Source: Haplodiscus bocki
Lineage: Eukaryota
NCBI GenBank assembly: GCA_965655095.1
Contig: OZ296656.1
Span: 75,454,001 to 75,518,000 of the forward strand
DNA: 64,000 bases
Reading direction: 5' to 3'
Below, piece after piece: positions 27,726 through 42,053 of the stretch. The position numbers and the translations under genes were made by a program. The stretch's first letter is position 1. Every line of letters starts with the position of its first letter. The notes under the pieces were generated by a model. The model saw only the letters and a program-made list of their open reading frames with translations, had not been told where the DNA came from and did not search any database.

Positions 27726-30700
27726 AACCTAACCAAAGATAATCTGCGATCAAATGCTCAAAGGAACTGAGAGTCGTCCCTGCAGCGGTGTTTTCACATC
27801 GGAATTTTCACGTCGTTTTCACCAGAAGTATACCCAAAATATATGAAACTGAAAGTGAAAGGACGACTGGCCAACTGGTGAAGAACTTATCAATAACTTT
27901 ATCAACATTTTTACCGTATCATCAAAAAGTACGAAACATTTGGACTTGAAGGAACCAGGAACATCCATTTACCGAAAAGATGATAAATATTTTGCTTCGA
28001 GCAGCCAGAAGAACACCCCTGAACTCCAAGGAATTACGGACTTACTTGTCGACTTTCCTGCATCCTGAAACCGACGGGTATCAGAGACAAGCTGGAATTT
28101 TTCCAAAAAGCAAAACGCTTTTTCTTTGGGTGCTGCGAAAGTTCAAGCGTTTCACTCTTGAAGACGTAGTATATTTGGCCAAACCTTTTCTAAGACTCAC
28201 AACTTGGAAGCCGTGTTGGTTTGCCGTCCCGAAAGTAGTCAATTTTACATATTATAGATCCTAATTTTCTGGGAACTTGTCAAAAATATAAACGCTATAT
28301 TGTTGCATTCAATCAAAAGGAAAAAGTTGATCCTATCTGTTAAGAATGAGCTGGCTTCCATTACTACAGATTTTGAAATAGCGTTCGAAATTTTTCACGT
28401 TCGACAACGTCTGGTATCGCATTGCTGAGTCAAAATTTTTCAAAAAGTAACTTTGCTTTTAGTGAAAAACTTCTGGAAAGACTAAAATTTTTCGTGATAC
28501 CATCCAGTTATGTCTGGAATAACCGCAATTTGCCATGCTTGATGCGTATGTCTTCGCTACTGTAAGTGCCGAAACTTACATCATTTTTGATTGGCTCATA
28601 ATTTTCGAACACGTACTGCAAACCAGAAAATACCGTTTTTAGCATATATAACGTATAACGGCGAAAAAGTATGACCGGTAAAAACCAAAAATCGACCTAT
28701 AAAGCTTGAAATTGGATACCCCCCTTACAACGACCATCTTTCTGCAGAATGTAAATTTTTGATTAATAATTTTTCTAAACTGTACATCGTACCAAAGGCA
28801 CTTCGCAATTTTTTTGGCCATGTGAGGCGATAGTTTTATCAGAACACAAAAGGGATTCTTCCAAACGCTTTGTCAGGAAAGGCAAAATCTTCGATAAAAG
28901 GGTTATCCGATGGATATTTTGAGCCGTGGGGGCGCCGCTGACTTGAGCCATTCCCGGCTTGTTAACCTTTTGATCAAACTTGTTACTTTTTGATCCACTC
29001 CTGTGGTTTTAAAACGACCAAATTTGCAAATGCGATAGCTGATACTACTATCAAGCTATATAATTTTGATATCGGTAACGAGTGCTTTTTTGCAGACATC
29101 TTTCGCCCCTAATACTGGCAATGCTCCAAAAGAACAAATATTTGTTGCGTTACTTTGATAAAGTCTTTGCAAATTGAGAAGATAATTTTCTCAGTTTTGT
29201 AGCTTTCGCGTCAGAAATTTCTCAAAATCCATTCATAGAACTCTCATTCTTGTCTATTCTCGAAAGTAGAAAACGATCAACGTTTGTTTTTTTGAAAGAA
29301 GCATATGCATAGTTCCTTCGTAATGAATCTTTGCTTTTTCCGCTATTTTTAATTTCATAGTCAGTTGTGTTTATGAAATTATATAGTCAGTTCATTACTT
29401 CATTTTTAGTACTGGCAACTTAAGAAGCTATCTGCTCATGAATTTTTTCTATGCTAAGTAGTCTATCTATATCCATTGCATGTGTTTTATCACGGCGGCT
29501 GCTGCTTTTTCTGGCATGGCTGCTGCTAATCTGCCAGCCGGCTTTTATTAAATAAATTATTGAGTTTTCTCTTAATTCCTTATGCACGCATACACATACG
29601 TACTGCCGCTGCTCTTTTACACATAACTTATAAGACGCATGCATTTAGTATATCCTTCCAATGATTCCCCCCTCTGTAGTGTTCTCGCTTTGCGCGGGAA
29701 GGAAGGAGACATTCAATTTGGTCAAGAGGCACGGAAAAAAATAGGCAAAAAATTAAGAAATTAAAAATAAATTGCCGCGTCTGCTTCGTAGTGTTGCCAA
29801 TACGGCCGGGACTGGGACATAAAAAGCGTGCAAATAAAATTTGTGTGGCAAAGCTGCAATTTAAAAGCAATGATACTATAAAAATTATTCATTTTCCACT
29901 TTTTATTTCATATTTTTCCTCTTTTGTACAACAGCAAAGCAAGCCGACTACCGCAAGAAAAAGTAATATTCGTTCAACATATAGGCTGAACCAATACTAC
30001 TGCAATGAGAGGAGCCGACGATATTTTTGGTTGGACACTATACACTAGCCGCTGTTGTTTTTTCATTTTATGACAAAAATGAAATCATAGCGGTGAAAAT
30101 TATTATTATTATTATTGTACCGCTTTTACGAGACACCACCGAAGATCCAATATTTCAACTCTCATTGTTTCTTCGTTTTTGCTTCAGAACAACCGACGGC
30201 GGCGGCGCGACCTCAGCAAGCATTACAGCTCTGGTCTGGCTTTCCGAACTCTTATTTTTTCCTGCCTATGTTTAAGTACCGCCGATGTATAAGTAATATA
30301 ATTCTACAATACTGTGTTGTAATATTTCTCCTGGTACTTAATTTTCGCCGGACTGAGCATCACTAATACTCTAAAAATGAATACAGAAAGCTTTCTATCC
30401 TTTTGAGCAAATACTTTTTATAGTGTACATTGTAATCTTGAAAAGGCTCATTCATCGGCCCTATATTTCTTCTTTGTTTTGTATTACTATGCCTATTTAT
30501 ACTCTTGCATTTTTACTTCCCTATTTATGAATAAAAGTTACTTTTCGTTTTATTTGAAAAATAACTTGAAACTTAAAATTTGGTTAGTGAAAAGTATCAA
30601 AACCGTCTATACAGATCAACTCCAGTCCTCTGTGATATGTCTAAGCTTTGGACTGCGTTAAAGTAACTTATCGGTCAATTGAACGCACTAAAACTGTTGG

Positions 30701-32079
30701 ATTTTTAAATTTGTTGTTTTAGACTAATAAGTCTCCAACGTTCGCTCGTTTCTGCGTCTTGAGAAATTTATTAATGTACTACAAAATCAATCTACTGATA
30801 GACAAAAAAATGAAACAGAGAAACTATTTTACATTGCCTAACTGGAAGCATCTATAAGTACAATGGTACTTACCAAAAGCTTTAAAATGCTACATTGCCT
30901 TTAGTATACTACTGTTTTTTTACTGCTTCTATATGCGTAGAATACCTTTTATCTCATTAAATGTCATTACACTGAGAAAAAACTAATTCCGGAGTGGCTG
31001 CTAGTGAACCATTTTTTATTTTACAAGCGACCGGGCCATTGTTATAAAATTGTATGAAATACATTTTATACTAATTTTTTTTATAAATTATTGAATGAAG
31101 CGATTCGATATCTAAGTGTGAAAGTTGATTCTGAAACTGGTCGCACGTCTTAGTTTCGAATGCATGAATCTTTTTGGATATGTTTTGTCTTTGCAGCACT
31201 ATAACTTGACCAGTTTTGTCATAAAAGGTGCGTTAAATTTCTTTATTATCTACATTTTATTAATTCATTCGTGATGTGTATGTGAAACATCAATTACATA
31301 AATTATATAACGAGCTAATGAAAGCTCCCTTGGTTAATATTTGTAAAAAATAGTTCACGTCTACCAATGTGTTAACTAATTTGGTTTTTTACGATTCACC
31401 AATACTTGCTTGTTCTTGCTATATTATATTTATTGCTGATAATAAAGAGACACAAAAGGTGAATCGAGTAGACATTGTTTCAAGTCGCCAAATGTATCTA
31501 CAGATACATACATGTACTATCATTGGTGTGAAAAAAGTATTATCGACTAATTTTGTCATTACTTATTAATATTTATCTTCATACTATTGAACTTAGTTAT
31601 AATTTTTCATTTCCTCGGTAATCCAAATTTAATTATAGTTGTTTTTATATCATTATTTATAACAGTAGTTGTAATACATGTATTACTTCGCAGTGAAAGC
31701 AAAATTTAGCTGTCTGGAATAGTTGGCTGACAGCAGTTGTGACTCAGACTCAGACCATTTACCATTTTAACCGGTTAAAAGTCCCGATTAGTTATAAAGC
31801 TATTACAGTTTGTAGACATCAAGTTATTATAACAGCCTCGAGTCTCGGTTCTGCGCGAGAGGACTTTCGACGGAGGTAAGAGGTCAAGGTTGGCGGCTAT
31901 TCATAAGTCCGAAAATAAATTTGGGTTGCACAAGTCTGAAAATTATTTAGCTAAATCAAAATAGTAATCAGTATTGAAACTAGTGCCTTGGACACTGCGC
32001 TATCTTCCGTTCCGTTCTCTTCGAGGGCAGTTGGCGTGTTCTCGCTGCGCTCGGATTTTGTTACTTGGCGCCTTTGTTA

Positions 32080-32154
32080 CAATTCGGTATTTGAAATACT
32101 TGTCTCACTACGTTATGATAACGTAGTGAGACAAGTATTTCAAATACCGAATTG
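32080..32154. repeat. Perfect palindrome, 37 bp arms with 1 nt spacer
   Basis: caattcggtatttgaaatacttgtctcactacgttat-g-ataacgtagtgagacaagtatttcaaataccgaattg. Confidence 0.97.
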
Positions 32155-32329
32155 AGACGAGTGTTCGAAGGTGCGCGTGCATGTAAATTGCTTCAATTTG
32201 ATTGGTTCAATTTAATTTAAAGCAAAATTTATTCTTTCGGAATCGTGAACCGACATCGTCAAGGTTATGCTCGGAATAAATAGTTTGAACGAATTGGACC
32301 AACTATTTTATTATCACTAAATTGTACTT

Positions 32330-32513
32330 TCTGTAATTTGAGACAAATTTGTTGTAGAATGCTTATATCAAATGATATTTCTCAGAAATGTTTCTCCACC
32401 TTAATTGTGAATTTTTGAAGAATGAAAATTTTTAATTTGGAAAAATTACAAAATTTATGAAGAGTATTTAATTGGAGGGTGGAAAATATGCCGGTAGTAA
32501 CCCGCCGTCTTGG
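32330..32513 (+). mobile_element. 3' fragment of HINE family B
   Basis: caaatttgttgtagaatgc...ttggagggtggaaaatatgccggtagtaacccgccgtcttgg matches the family B 3' end. Confidence 0.6.
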
Positions 32514-32689
32514 TTTTATTTCACCGAAATTATGCAACTTTCTGTTTGATATTTCAACTAAGAATCACAAGTCCTCATGATTGGCTAGTGAGATAACAAA
32601 CTTCTGAAGGTGTTTTGATATTGCTAATTTTAATTTTTTGAGGCTCGAAATTTTCATGTAACGTTTTTTGGGGACACTTAGTATGCGTT

Positions 32690-32990
32690 TTGCATTTTTG
32701 CGTTTTGTTCACTGTGTCTTTGTTTGGGTGTAAAACATTGGGTTGCAAAGTGGCGAAAAAAATTGACATATCAAGTTTACGAGTATGAGATCCTGTGACA
32801 GGTATTTGTCTCAATTCGACTCTTACGAACAACCTTCTGATAGACATCTGGTGTAGTATTTCTAAAAATGTCAATCATTTATCCGATTAAGGTTCAAATG
32901 TCTGTCAGGGCCTTAGATGTGTAAATTTCTTCTTTGATATCAACTAACAAGTCAGAATGTATTGCGAAGTTCCACGTCTCCTCTGTGTTA
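32690..32990. repeat. Dispersed repeat family F
   Basis: Collinear with 19195-19490 and 56075-56410. Confidence 0.65.
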
Positions 32991-33239
32991 TGTTGTAGTT
33001 TCGAGTTTTGTGTTCATCATATTTCGGATTTCGGTTGTTTCCAAATTCTTTCTCAAATAAGAACTCTTCGACCTAGAGTTCACCCTCAGTAAAAGCCAAC
33101 GGCATATTCGCTTTCAAATAAGCGAAGCATCAATGCCTCATTGATAATATTCTGTTTTTATCTCTTTCTGCAAATCTGTGAAGGTCTCTAATTTAGAATA
33201 ATCTATCTGCTATTCAAACCCGATTACACGTCTAATGTC

Positions 33240-33604
33240 TTCTAGTTAACCACGTAAGACCCAAGGTCACCAAACCCCCTCCCATGCCCTCTACTGTCTG
33301 CCCCTAGTGGGCGCGTAAACCTTTGGGCCCCTCCCCCTGGCAACACCTCCTAATCATCAGTCAACACCGAATTGCCTCCTTGGCCCTCTAGTTTATCTCT
33401 TGTTAATTGTATGCAAACATAATTAGTTTAATCTCTCTCTTCGCGATGATCGAATTTTAACTACTGGGCTAACTTACAATAAACTTTTATAATTTGTAAT
33501 AACTTGTTATATATACATACCATCAGCCCAAGACGAAGCCAAAGTATATTATAGTCCACTCAGGTTTCAGCTAAATGACTTGTAACGATTATTATTATTA
33601 TTAT
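33240..33604 (+). mobile_element. Possible 3' end of a non-LTR retroelement/SINE
   Basis: C-rich block, then AT-rich segment with AATAAA and a terminal (ATT)5 tail; no ORF evidence. Confidence 0.3.
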
Positions 33605-34315
33605 GATTAATATAAACTATGATCTAATAGTTTAATGTTACCGCTGTTTTGAACTGTCGTCTGGACGCAACTAGAATTGAGGTACGACTAAACTTTTCTT
33701 CTTTTTGTCGAAAGCGACCCGACTTGAAAAATAGTTGACCTCAATAGCTGGTCCTCGATATTATTGGTCTTCAAAAGTTTCAACTCCGAAATGAATTAAA
33801 ACGACAATTTCATGTTTGACGTTAATTTGGTTCAGTTCTTTGAAGTAAGCTTTTGAAGAGAGCGAGTAAAATTGACAGTCTTTCTTACGTTGGCTGCTGG
33901 ATTGTAAATTTTTGTGTTTATCAAGTAATGGAAATGTCCGTTGTTTCTTGTGACCCGAACATTGTCCATATACGATCCGGATTCGACTGGGTGAAAATTT
34001 TTTGAAACCCCTTTTTCACGTATGTGTAGCATGCATCGATATTTGAATTTTAATGAATTGAATGCCCGAAACTCTGATAGATTCTTGTCGTGTTGGTTTT
34101 TGGGGCCGAAGTTAGCGCTTCGCTCACGCAAATTTCGATGCCTGTAGCGAAAATGCGTTTTTGTTTCTTGTCCAAATGAAATTGTTTTCCTACAGCAGGG
34201 ACGCATTGGAATGTGTAACAAACCAAGCACAGCTCGAAGTCGGTGTTATGCATCGCTTTGTGTACCCATAGAGGAGATATCAATATTTTTTGTCGATTCT
34301 TTTTTGACACGATAC

Positions 34316-37300
34316 CGAAAAACTTTGTAGTGAGGGTGGAGATCCTTAGGTGTTTTTGAGAACTTGTATTTGTTCATTTTTTGATAACAGAGACATGGAA
34401 ATACAGTGCAAAATTTTCATTCATGCAAAAGAGACGATCGATAGTAGAAGAGTGGACATTTCGGCGTGATCAACGTTTATTTGTAAACTAATTGTAAACC
34501 GCCTGCCATTGCGTTTGGCGGTTGTATAACGTTGCTTACGTCAGCTATCTAGATTAGAGTAAGTTATAAGTGAATTTATCACGGTAAAGTTAGAACTCAC
34601 TTGTAGCATTAGGTACGTTGATCAAAAGCATTAAAAGTCTTCATTCAAAATTCTCTCGATTTTCCGCAATAAACTTCTGAAATTGCAAAAGTTTAGAACT
34701 TTGCAATGTTCACCTAAAGATCTGCCAAAACGACGAAATTGTAACTTTGTGAATTTTAACCGCCATTCGATTATATTCCATAAAGGTTAATATTATAAAT
34801 TTGTGAATTTGGAATGTTCTAATTTGAAAGTTAAATTGAACGCTAGCTTAATATGACCGACGTTTCTTTTTTGTCTGGTTTTGGTCAACTGCCAGTAGTT
34901 AATATTTGCTTGTTTCGCCTCAAATGCTCTGCGCTGGTGGAATCTAGTAGAACCTCTTTCTTACAGTCTTGTTAAGGTGAAAAGGAGACAAAAAAGTTGA
35001 AATAAAAGTAAGGACCGCTGAAATAAATACTTAGTAATTTATCTGAGCTTTTTTCAGGCGCAGTTTTTCATTAGCTGTCGATCGGATCGCAATCATCCAC
35101 TTTCAGCTCAGCTAATTGCAGATCAGAAAATCTGTTGCAAGCCACATATCTCCTTTTTATTACATTATGCGGGAATATTTCAACTTTAACTCCGAAATGA
35201 AGTTCTTCAAAGGCAGAATGATGTATTTGAAAGTGATATTCACGCTTCCTGACTCAAAGAAAAAACGAAAAAACGTGTATTGGAAACTGCCTTCTTCTTA
35301 GTTTTTTTAAACCTGGCCAAACCTTGCATTTTTTGGTGCCATCAGAGGATCTAGTCATCGAGCGTCAACTATCAAAAATGTCTCCTTCTACGTACTTGTT
35401 TTTTCCACCTTTCTAACTGTGACAACTTCTCAAACATTGGGTAGGAAAAAAACGTTACCCGAAGAGACTTGGTTTCAATTTGCTTTTGGCATCTGTTATA
35501 TAAATCAACAAGTCAGAGCACATTACTGAGTACCGTTTCGCGTGTGTTTTACAACTTTTGTCCTAACTGTGTTTTCGAACATCATTTGAACTTTCAGTTT
35601 TATATTTTTTTAGAAAATGAGGTTTTCTAAAGTGTTTTCCTGGAGACAACGGATGAGCTAAAGATTCATTTGTGGCTCCTATCTTGTTGCTAGCTTTCAG
35701 AGGATCGCTTTTGTTTTATATTACAATTGCCAAGCTGGCGAGCGCAAATTTGTTACGGTCGACCATTTTTCGTCTGACCAAACTCGCATGAACTGCGTCA
35801 AAAAGTGCATACATTGAGCTCTATAGTGTGAATTTACGCATGGCAAGCGTGAACGGTTGACCTTTTTATTAATTTCTGCTTGCGAACTTTTTTGTTGATT
35901 TCTTACATGTATTTGTCTATTTGAACACTAGGATCGTATAGGAAGAGAAATTTAAAAAAATCGATCTAGAGAGTTTTTCTTGGGCCGAAATGTTGAAAAT
36001 AATGCAGTGTTGAGACGAAAACCAAATTTTCGAAGTCAAATTGGCACGAATAAGCTCCAGTTCAAAAATATCCATTTATAAAAAACTTGATTCGGTTTTC
36101 GCATAGTGATTGTGACATTTTTTGTCACTTGATTTTTCTACATGTGTTTCAAGTGGATTAGTAAATGCTGAAGTGATATGACAGTTCTTGAGAAACACGT
36201 TTTTATACAGGGGAGTTTCAAAATACCGTTAGAGGCCGAATTGGTCGAAGTCTTTCCTAAATGATGGGATTTAAGCAAATATTCGAATTTTCTCGGTAAA
36301 CGAAGTTTACGTCATATCTTTGGGGTACTTTTTCGGGTATTTTGAGTATGTCATTTTGAAGTCTTTTATCTTAGCAAAAGGATCTGAAATTAACTTTTTT
36401 TGAGGAGATAACGATAAGACTCAAATCAAATCGAAAAACTTTGTAGTGAGGGTGGAGATCCTTAGGTGTTTTTGAGAACTTGTATTTGTCCATTTTTTGA
36501 TAACAGAGACATGGAAATACAGTGCAAAATTTTCATTCATGCAAAAGAGACGATCGATAGTAGAAGAGTGGACATTTCGGCGTGATCAATGTTTATTTGT
36601 AAACTAATTGTAAACCGCCTGCCATTGCGTTTGGCGGTTGTATAACGTTGCTTACGTCAGCTATCTAGATTAGAGTAAGATATAAGTGAATTTATCACGG
36701 TAAAGTCAGAACTCACTTGTAGCATTAGGTACGTTGATCAAAAGCATTAAAAGTCTTCATTCAAAATTCTCTCGATTTTCCGCAATAAACTTCTGAAATT
36801 GCAAAAGTTTAGAACTTTGCAATGTTCACCTAAAGATCTGCCAAAACGACGAAATTGTAACTTTGTGAATTTTAACCGCCATTCGATTATATTCCATAAA
36901 GGTTAATATTATAAATTTGTGAATTTGGAATGTTCTAATTTGAAAGTTAAATTGAACGCTAGCTTAATATGACCGACGTTTCTTTTTTGTCTGGTTTTGG
37001 TCAACTGCCAGTAGTTAATATTTGCTTGTTTCGCCTCAAATGCTCTGCGCTGGTGGAATCTAGTAGAACCTCTTTCTTACAGTCTTGTTAAGGTGAAAAG
37101 GAGACAAAAAAGTTGAAATAAAAGTAAGGACCGCTGAAATAAATACTTAGTAATTTATCTGAGCTTTTTTCAGGCGCAGTTTTTCATTAGCTGTCGATCG
37201 GATCGCAATCATCCACTTTCAGCTCAGCTAATTGCAGATCAGAAAATCTGTTGCAAGCCACATATCTCCTTTTTATTACATTATGCGGGAATATTTCAAC

Positions 37301-40300
37301 TTTAACTCCGAAATGAAGTTCTTCAAAGGCAGAATGATGTATTTGAAAGTGATATTCACGCTTCCTGACTCAAAGAAAAAACGAAAAAACGTGTATTGGA
37401 AACTGCCTTCTTCTTAGTTTTTTTAAACCTGGCCAAACCTTGCATTTTTTGGTGCCATCAGAGGATCTAGTCATCGAGCGTCAACTATCAAAAATGTCTC
37501 CTTCTACGTACTTGTTTTTTCCACCTTTCTAACTGTGACAACTTCTCAAACATTGGGTAGGAAAAAAACGTTACCCGAAGAGACTTGGTTTCAATTTGCT
37601 TTTGGCATCTGTTATATAAATCAACAAGTCAGAGCATATTACTGAGTACCGTTTCGCGTGGTGTTTTACAACTTTTGTCCTAACTGTGTTTTCGAACATC
37701 ATTTGAACTTTCAGTTTTATATTTTTTTAGCAAATGAGGTTTTCTAAAGTGTTTTCCTGGAGACAACGGATGAGCTAAAGATTCATTTGTGGCTCCTATC
37801 TTGTTGCTAGCTTTCAGAGGATCGCTTTTGTTTTATATTACAATTGCCAAGCTGGCGAGCGCAAATTTGTTACGGTCGACCATTTTTCGTCTGACCAAAC
37901 TCGCATGAACTGCGTCAAAAAGTGCATACATTGAGCTCTATAGTGTGAATTTACGCACGGCAAGCGTGAACGGTTGACCTTTTTATTAATTTCTGCTTGC
38001 GAACTTTTTTGTTGATTTCTTACATGTATTTGTCTATTTGAACACTAGGATCGTATAGGAAGAGAAATTTAAAAAAATCGATCTAGAGAGTTTTTCTTGG
38101 GCCGAAATGTTGAAAATAATGCAGTGTTGAGACGAAAACCAAATTTTCGAAGTCAAATTGGCACGAATAAGCTCCAGTTCAAAAATATCCATTTATAAAA
38201 AACTTGATTCGGTTTTCGCATAGTGATTGTGACATTTTTTGTCACTTGATTTTTCTACATGTGTTTCAAGTGGATTAGTAAATGCTGAAGTGATATGACA
38301 GTTCTTGAGAAACACGTTTTTATACAGGGGAGTTTCAAAATACCGTTAGAGGCCGAATTGGTCGAAGTCTTTCCTAAATGATGGGATTTAAGCAAATATT
38401 CGAATTTTCTCGGTAAACGAAGTTTACGTCATATCTTTGGGGTACTTTTTCGGGTATTTTGAGTATGTCATTTTGAAGTCTTTTATCTTAGCAAAAGGAT
38501 CTGAAATTAACTTTTTTTGAGGAGATAACGATAAGACTCAAATCAAATCGAAAAACTTTGTAGTGAGGGTGGAGATCCTTAGGTGTTTTTGAGAACTTGT
38601 ATTTGTTCATTTTTTGATAACAGAGACATGGAAATACAGTGCAAAATTTTCATTCATGCAAAAGAGACGATCGATAGTAGAAGAGTGGACATTTCGGCGT
38701 GATCAACGTTTATTTGTAAACTAATTGTAAACCGCCTGCCATTGCGTTTGGCGGTTGTATAACGTTGCTTACGTCAGCTATCTAGATTAGAGTAAGTTAT
38801 AAGTGAATTTATCACGGTAAAGTTAGAACTCACTTGTAGCATTAGGTACGTTGATCAAAAGCATTAAAAGTCTTCATTCAAAATTCTCTCGATTTTCCGC
38901 AATAAACTTCTGAAATTGCAAAAGTTTAGAACTTTGCAATGTTCACCTAAAGATCTGCCAAAACGACGAAATTGTAACTTTGTGAATTTTAACCGCCATT
39001 CGATTATATTCCATAAAGGTTAATATTATAAATTTGTGAATTTGGAATGTTCTAATTTGAAAGTTAAATTGAACGCTAGCTTAATATGACCGACGTTTCT
39101 TTTTTGTCTGGTTTTGGTCAACTGCCAGTAGTTAATATTTGCTTGTTTCGCCTCAAATGCTCTGCGCTGGTGGAATCTAGTAGAACCTCTTTCTTACAGT
39201 CTTGTTAAGGTGAAAAGGAGACAAAAAAGTTGAAATAAAAGTAAGGACCGCTGAAATAAATACTTAGTAATTTATCTGAGCTTTTTTCAGGCGCAGTTTT
39301 TCATTAGCTGTCGATCGGATCGCAATCATCCACTTTCAGCTCAGCTAATTGCAGATCAGAAAATCTGTTGCAAGCCACATATCTCCTTTTTATTACATTA
39401 TGCGGGAATATTTCAACTTTAACTCCGAAATGAAGTTCTTCAAAGGCAGAATGATGTATTTGAAAGTGATATTCACGCTTCCTGACTCAAAGAAAAAACG
39501 TGTATTGGAAACTGCCTTCTTCTTAGTTTTTTTAAACCTGGCCAAACCTTGCATTTTTTGGTGCCATCAGAGGATCTAGTCATCGAGCGTCAACTATCAA
39601 AAATGTCTCCTTCTGCGTACTTGTTTTTTCCACCTTTCTAACTGTGACAACTTCTCAAACATTGGGTAGGAAAAAAACGTTACCCGAAGAGACTTGGTTT
39701 CAATTTGCTTTTGGCATCTGTTATATAAATCAACAAGTCAGAGCACATTACTGAGTACCGTTTCGCGTGTGTTTTACAACTTTTGTCCTAACTGTGTTTT
39801 CGAACATCATTTGAACTTTCAGTTTTATATTTTTTTAGAAAATGAGGTTTTCTAAAGTGTTTTCCTGGAGACAACGGATGAGCTAAAGATTCATTTGTGG
39901 CTCCTATCTTGTTGCTAGCTTTCAGAGGATCGCTTTTGTTTTATATTACAATTGCCAAGCTGGCGAGCGCAAATTTGTTACGGTCGACCATTTTTCGTCT
40001 GACCAAACTCGCATGAACTGCGTCAAAAAGTGCATACATTGAGCTCTATAGTGTGAATTTACGCATGGCAAGCGTGAACGGTTGACCTTTTTATTAATTT
40101 CTGCTTGCGAACTTTTTTGTTGATTTCTTACATGTATTTGTCTATTTGAACACTAGGATCGTATAGGAAGAGAAATTTAAAAAAATCGATCTAGAGAGTT
40201 TTTCTTGGGCCGAAATGTTGAAAATAATGCAGTGTTGAGACGAAAACCAAATTTTCGAAGTCAAATTGGCACGAATAAGCTCCAGTTCAAAAATATCCAG

Positions 40301-40654
40301 TTATAAAAAACTTGATTCGGTTTTCGCATAGTGATTGTGACATTTTTTGTCACTTGATTTTTCTACATGTGTTTCAAGTGGATTAGTAAATGCTGAAGTG
40401 ATATGACAGTTCTTGAGAAACACGTTTTTATACAGGGGAGTTTCAAAATACCGTTAGAGGCCGAATTGGTCGAAATCTTTCCTAAATGATGGGATTTAAG
40501 CAAATATTCGAATTTTCTCGGTAAACGAAGTTTACGTCATATCTTTGGGGTACTTTTTCGGGTATTTTGAGTATGTCATTTTGAAGTCTTTTATCTTAGC
40601 AAAAGGATCTGAAATTAACTTTTTTTGAGGAGATAACGATAAGACTCAAATCAA
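34316..40654. repeat. Head-to-tail tandem triplication of a ~2116 bp unit
   Basis: Units 34316-36431, 36432-38548, 38549-40654; >99% identical by eye; the same short ORF recurs at 35116, 37232 and 39349. Confidence 0.97.
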
Positions 40655-41208
40655 TAAGATATTAACTTTCAGTTGCGGTGTGAAAATTTTATCGACTGCT
40701 TTCTCGGCAAAATAAACAGCAAAATTTACCATATTTTGAGTATATTGATCTTTATCATATTCAAGTCCTATATCCTGGAAACTTCTATTTAAATGATCCA
40801 AATTTAAACTGCGGAAGACAAGAAAACTCCACCCAGCACATAATTTTTTTGGTTGCTGTCAGCAGTTTTACGATGACTCTTCTCGCAGAACAAATTTGGC
40901 ACGTAATGTAACTTTTGTCACATGTTTAGGCTAACAGTGGAAGCTCTTTCTAAGAATGACCCGTATTCTGCGGAGGAGCACTAAGGAGACTCCAGAATGT
41001 GCTAAACTAAATTTAGGTTGCCGGCAAAAAAAATTCGATGATTGTTTTTGCAAAAAGAAATCGACTTCAATGTACTGTTAAATCTATGCCGTTTACTTTA
41101 TGTTAGGTCTCTTAAACGTCGATGTTTCTATTGAAATGTGATGGCACGTTCATCTTTGTGTTTTTGTGAAGGTGTTACTTCGAGTGTAGCACTAAGCCCT
41201 TAGTTGAC

Positions 41209-42053
41209 TTTATTATTTTTCGCCGTATATGAATATATACAAGAAAAATTATTCATTCAGTAGGGTCGTTTTTCTTTTTTTTTATCTGACCAAAACTGCC
41301 AACTCTTTTATTCAAAAATAAATGACAGCGGTAGGCGTAGGACAACAAGGTTCTCAAGCATTAGGTTCGGGGTTCGAGTCACTGCCCTGCCAAATCTTTT
41401 TACGATTTATCCCTAACATTTTTCGACACCCGAAATTGATGAAATACTAAAATGGTTCCCCTACGAAAATTTTCGGCACTGTGAGACAAAAAATTTTTGA
41501 CGGAAAATCTTGATACCCCCCCCCCCACACTCTCATCCAAACTTTTTCGATACCCTAAAGTAATGAAAGATTAAAGGGTTCCCCTACACCATTTTTCGGC
41601 ACTGTGAGATAAAAATTTTCCACAGAAAATCTTGCTCCTCCGCCCCCCCCCCCCCCTCATATCCATAAATTTTTTCGATACTAGAAATTTTGTGAAGCAC
41701 GCAATAGTTCCCCTACGAAGTTTTTCGGTACTGTGAGACAAAACAATTTTGACAGAAAATCGTGATACCCGCCCCCTCTCTTATCCCTAACATTTTTCGG
41801 TATCAGAAATTTTGTGAAACACAGAAGGGTTCCTCGACGAAATTTTTCGGCACTGTGAGACAAAATTTTTTCAACGGAAAATCGTGATACCCTTTTGCAT
41901 AGAGTACAGAAATCAGTGGTCGAATAGATGTTTGTAAACACTCTTTGAAGGCTAATATCAAAACAGTTGTTTTGTTTTTAACCGTTTGCAAAGGTTGATC
42001 AAAATATTTGTAGTTGGGCGAAAAATATGCCGGTGCTAGCCGGCCGTCTTGTT
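41209..42053 (+). mobile_element. HINE family A, copy 4
   Basis: Starts ttattatttttcgccg, tRNA-like module 41323-41392, about 4 tandem units, ends gggcgaaaaatatgccggtgctagccggccgtcttgtt. Confidence 0.82.
41323..41392 (+). pseudogene. tRNA-derived (Glu/Gln-like) module inside HINE family A; not an intact tRNA
   Basis: B-box GGTTCGAGTC at 41371-80, TTCTCAA anticodon-loop-like segment, ends GCCA; no 5' acceptor strand pairing. Confidence 0.6.

Noticed and set aside
35116-39579. Three near-identical 61-76 aa ORFs
   Set aside because: A by-product of the triplication; TTG start, no motif, and frameshifted in copy 3.
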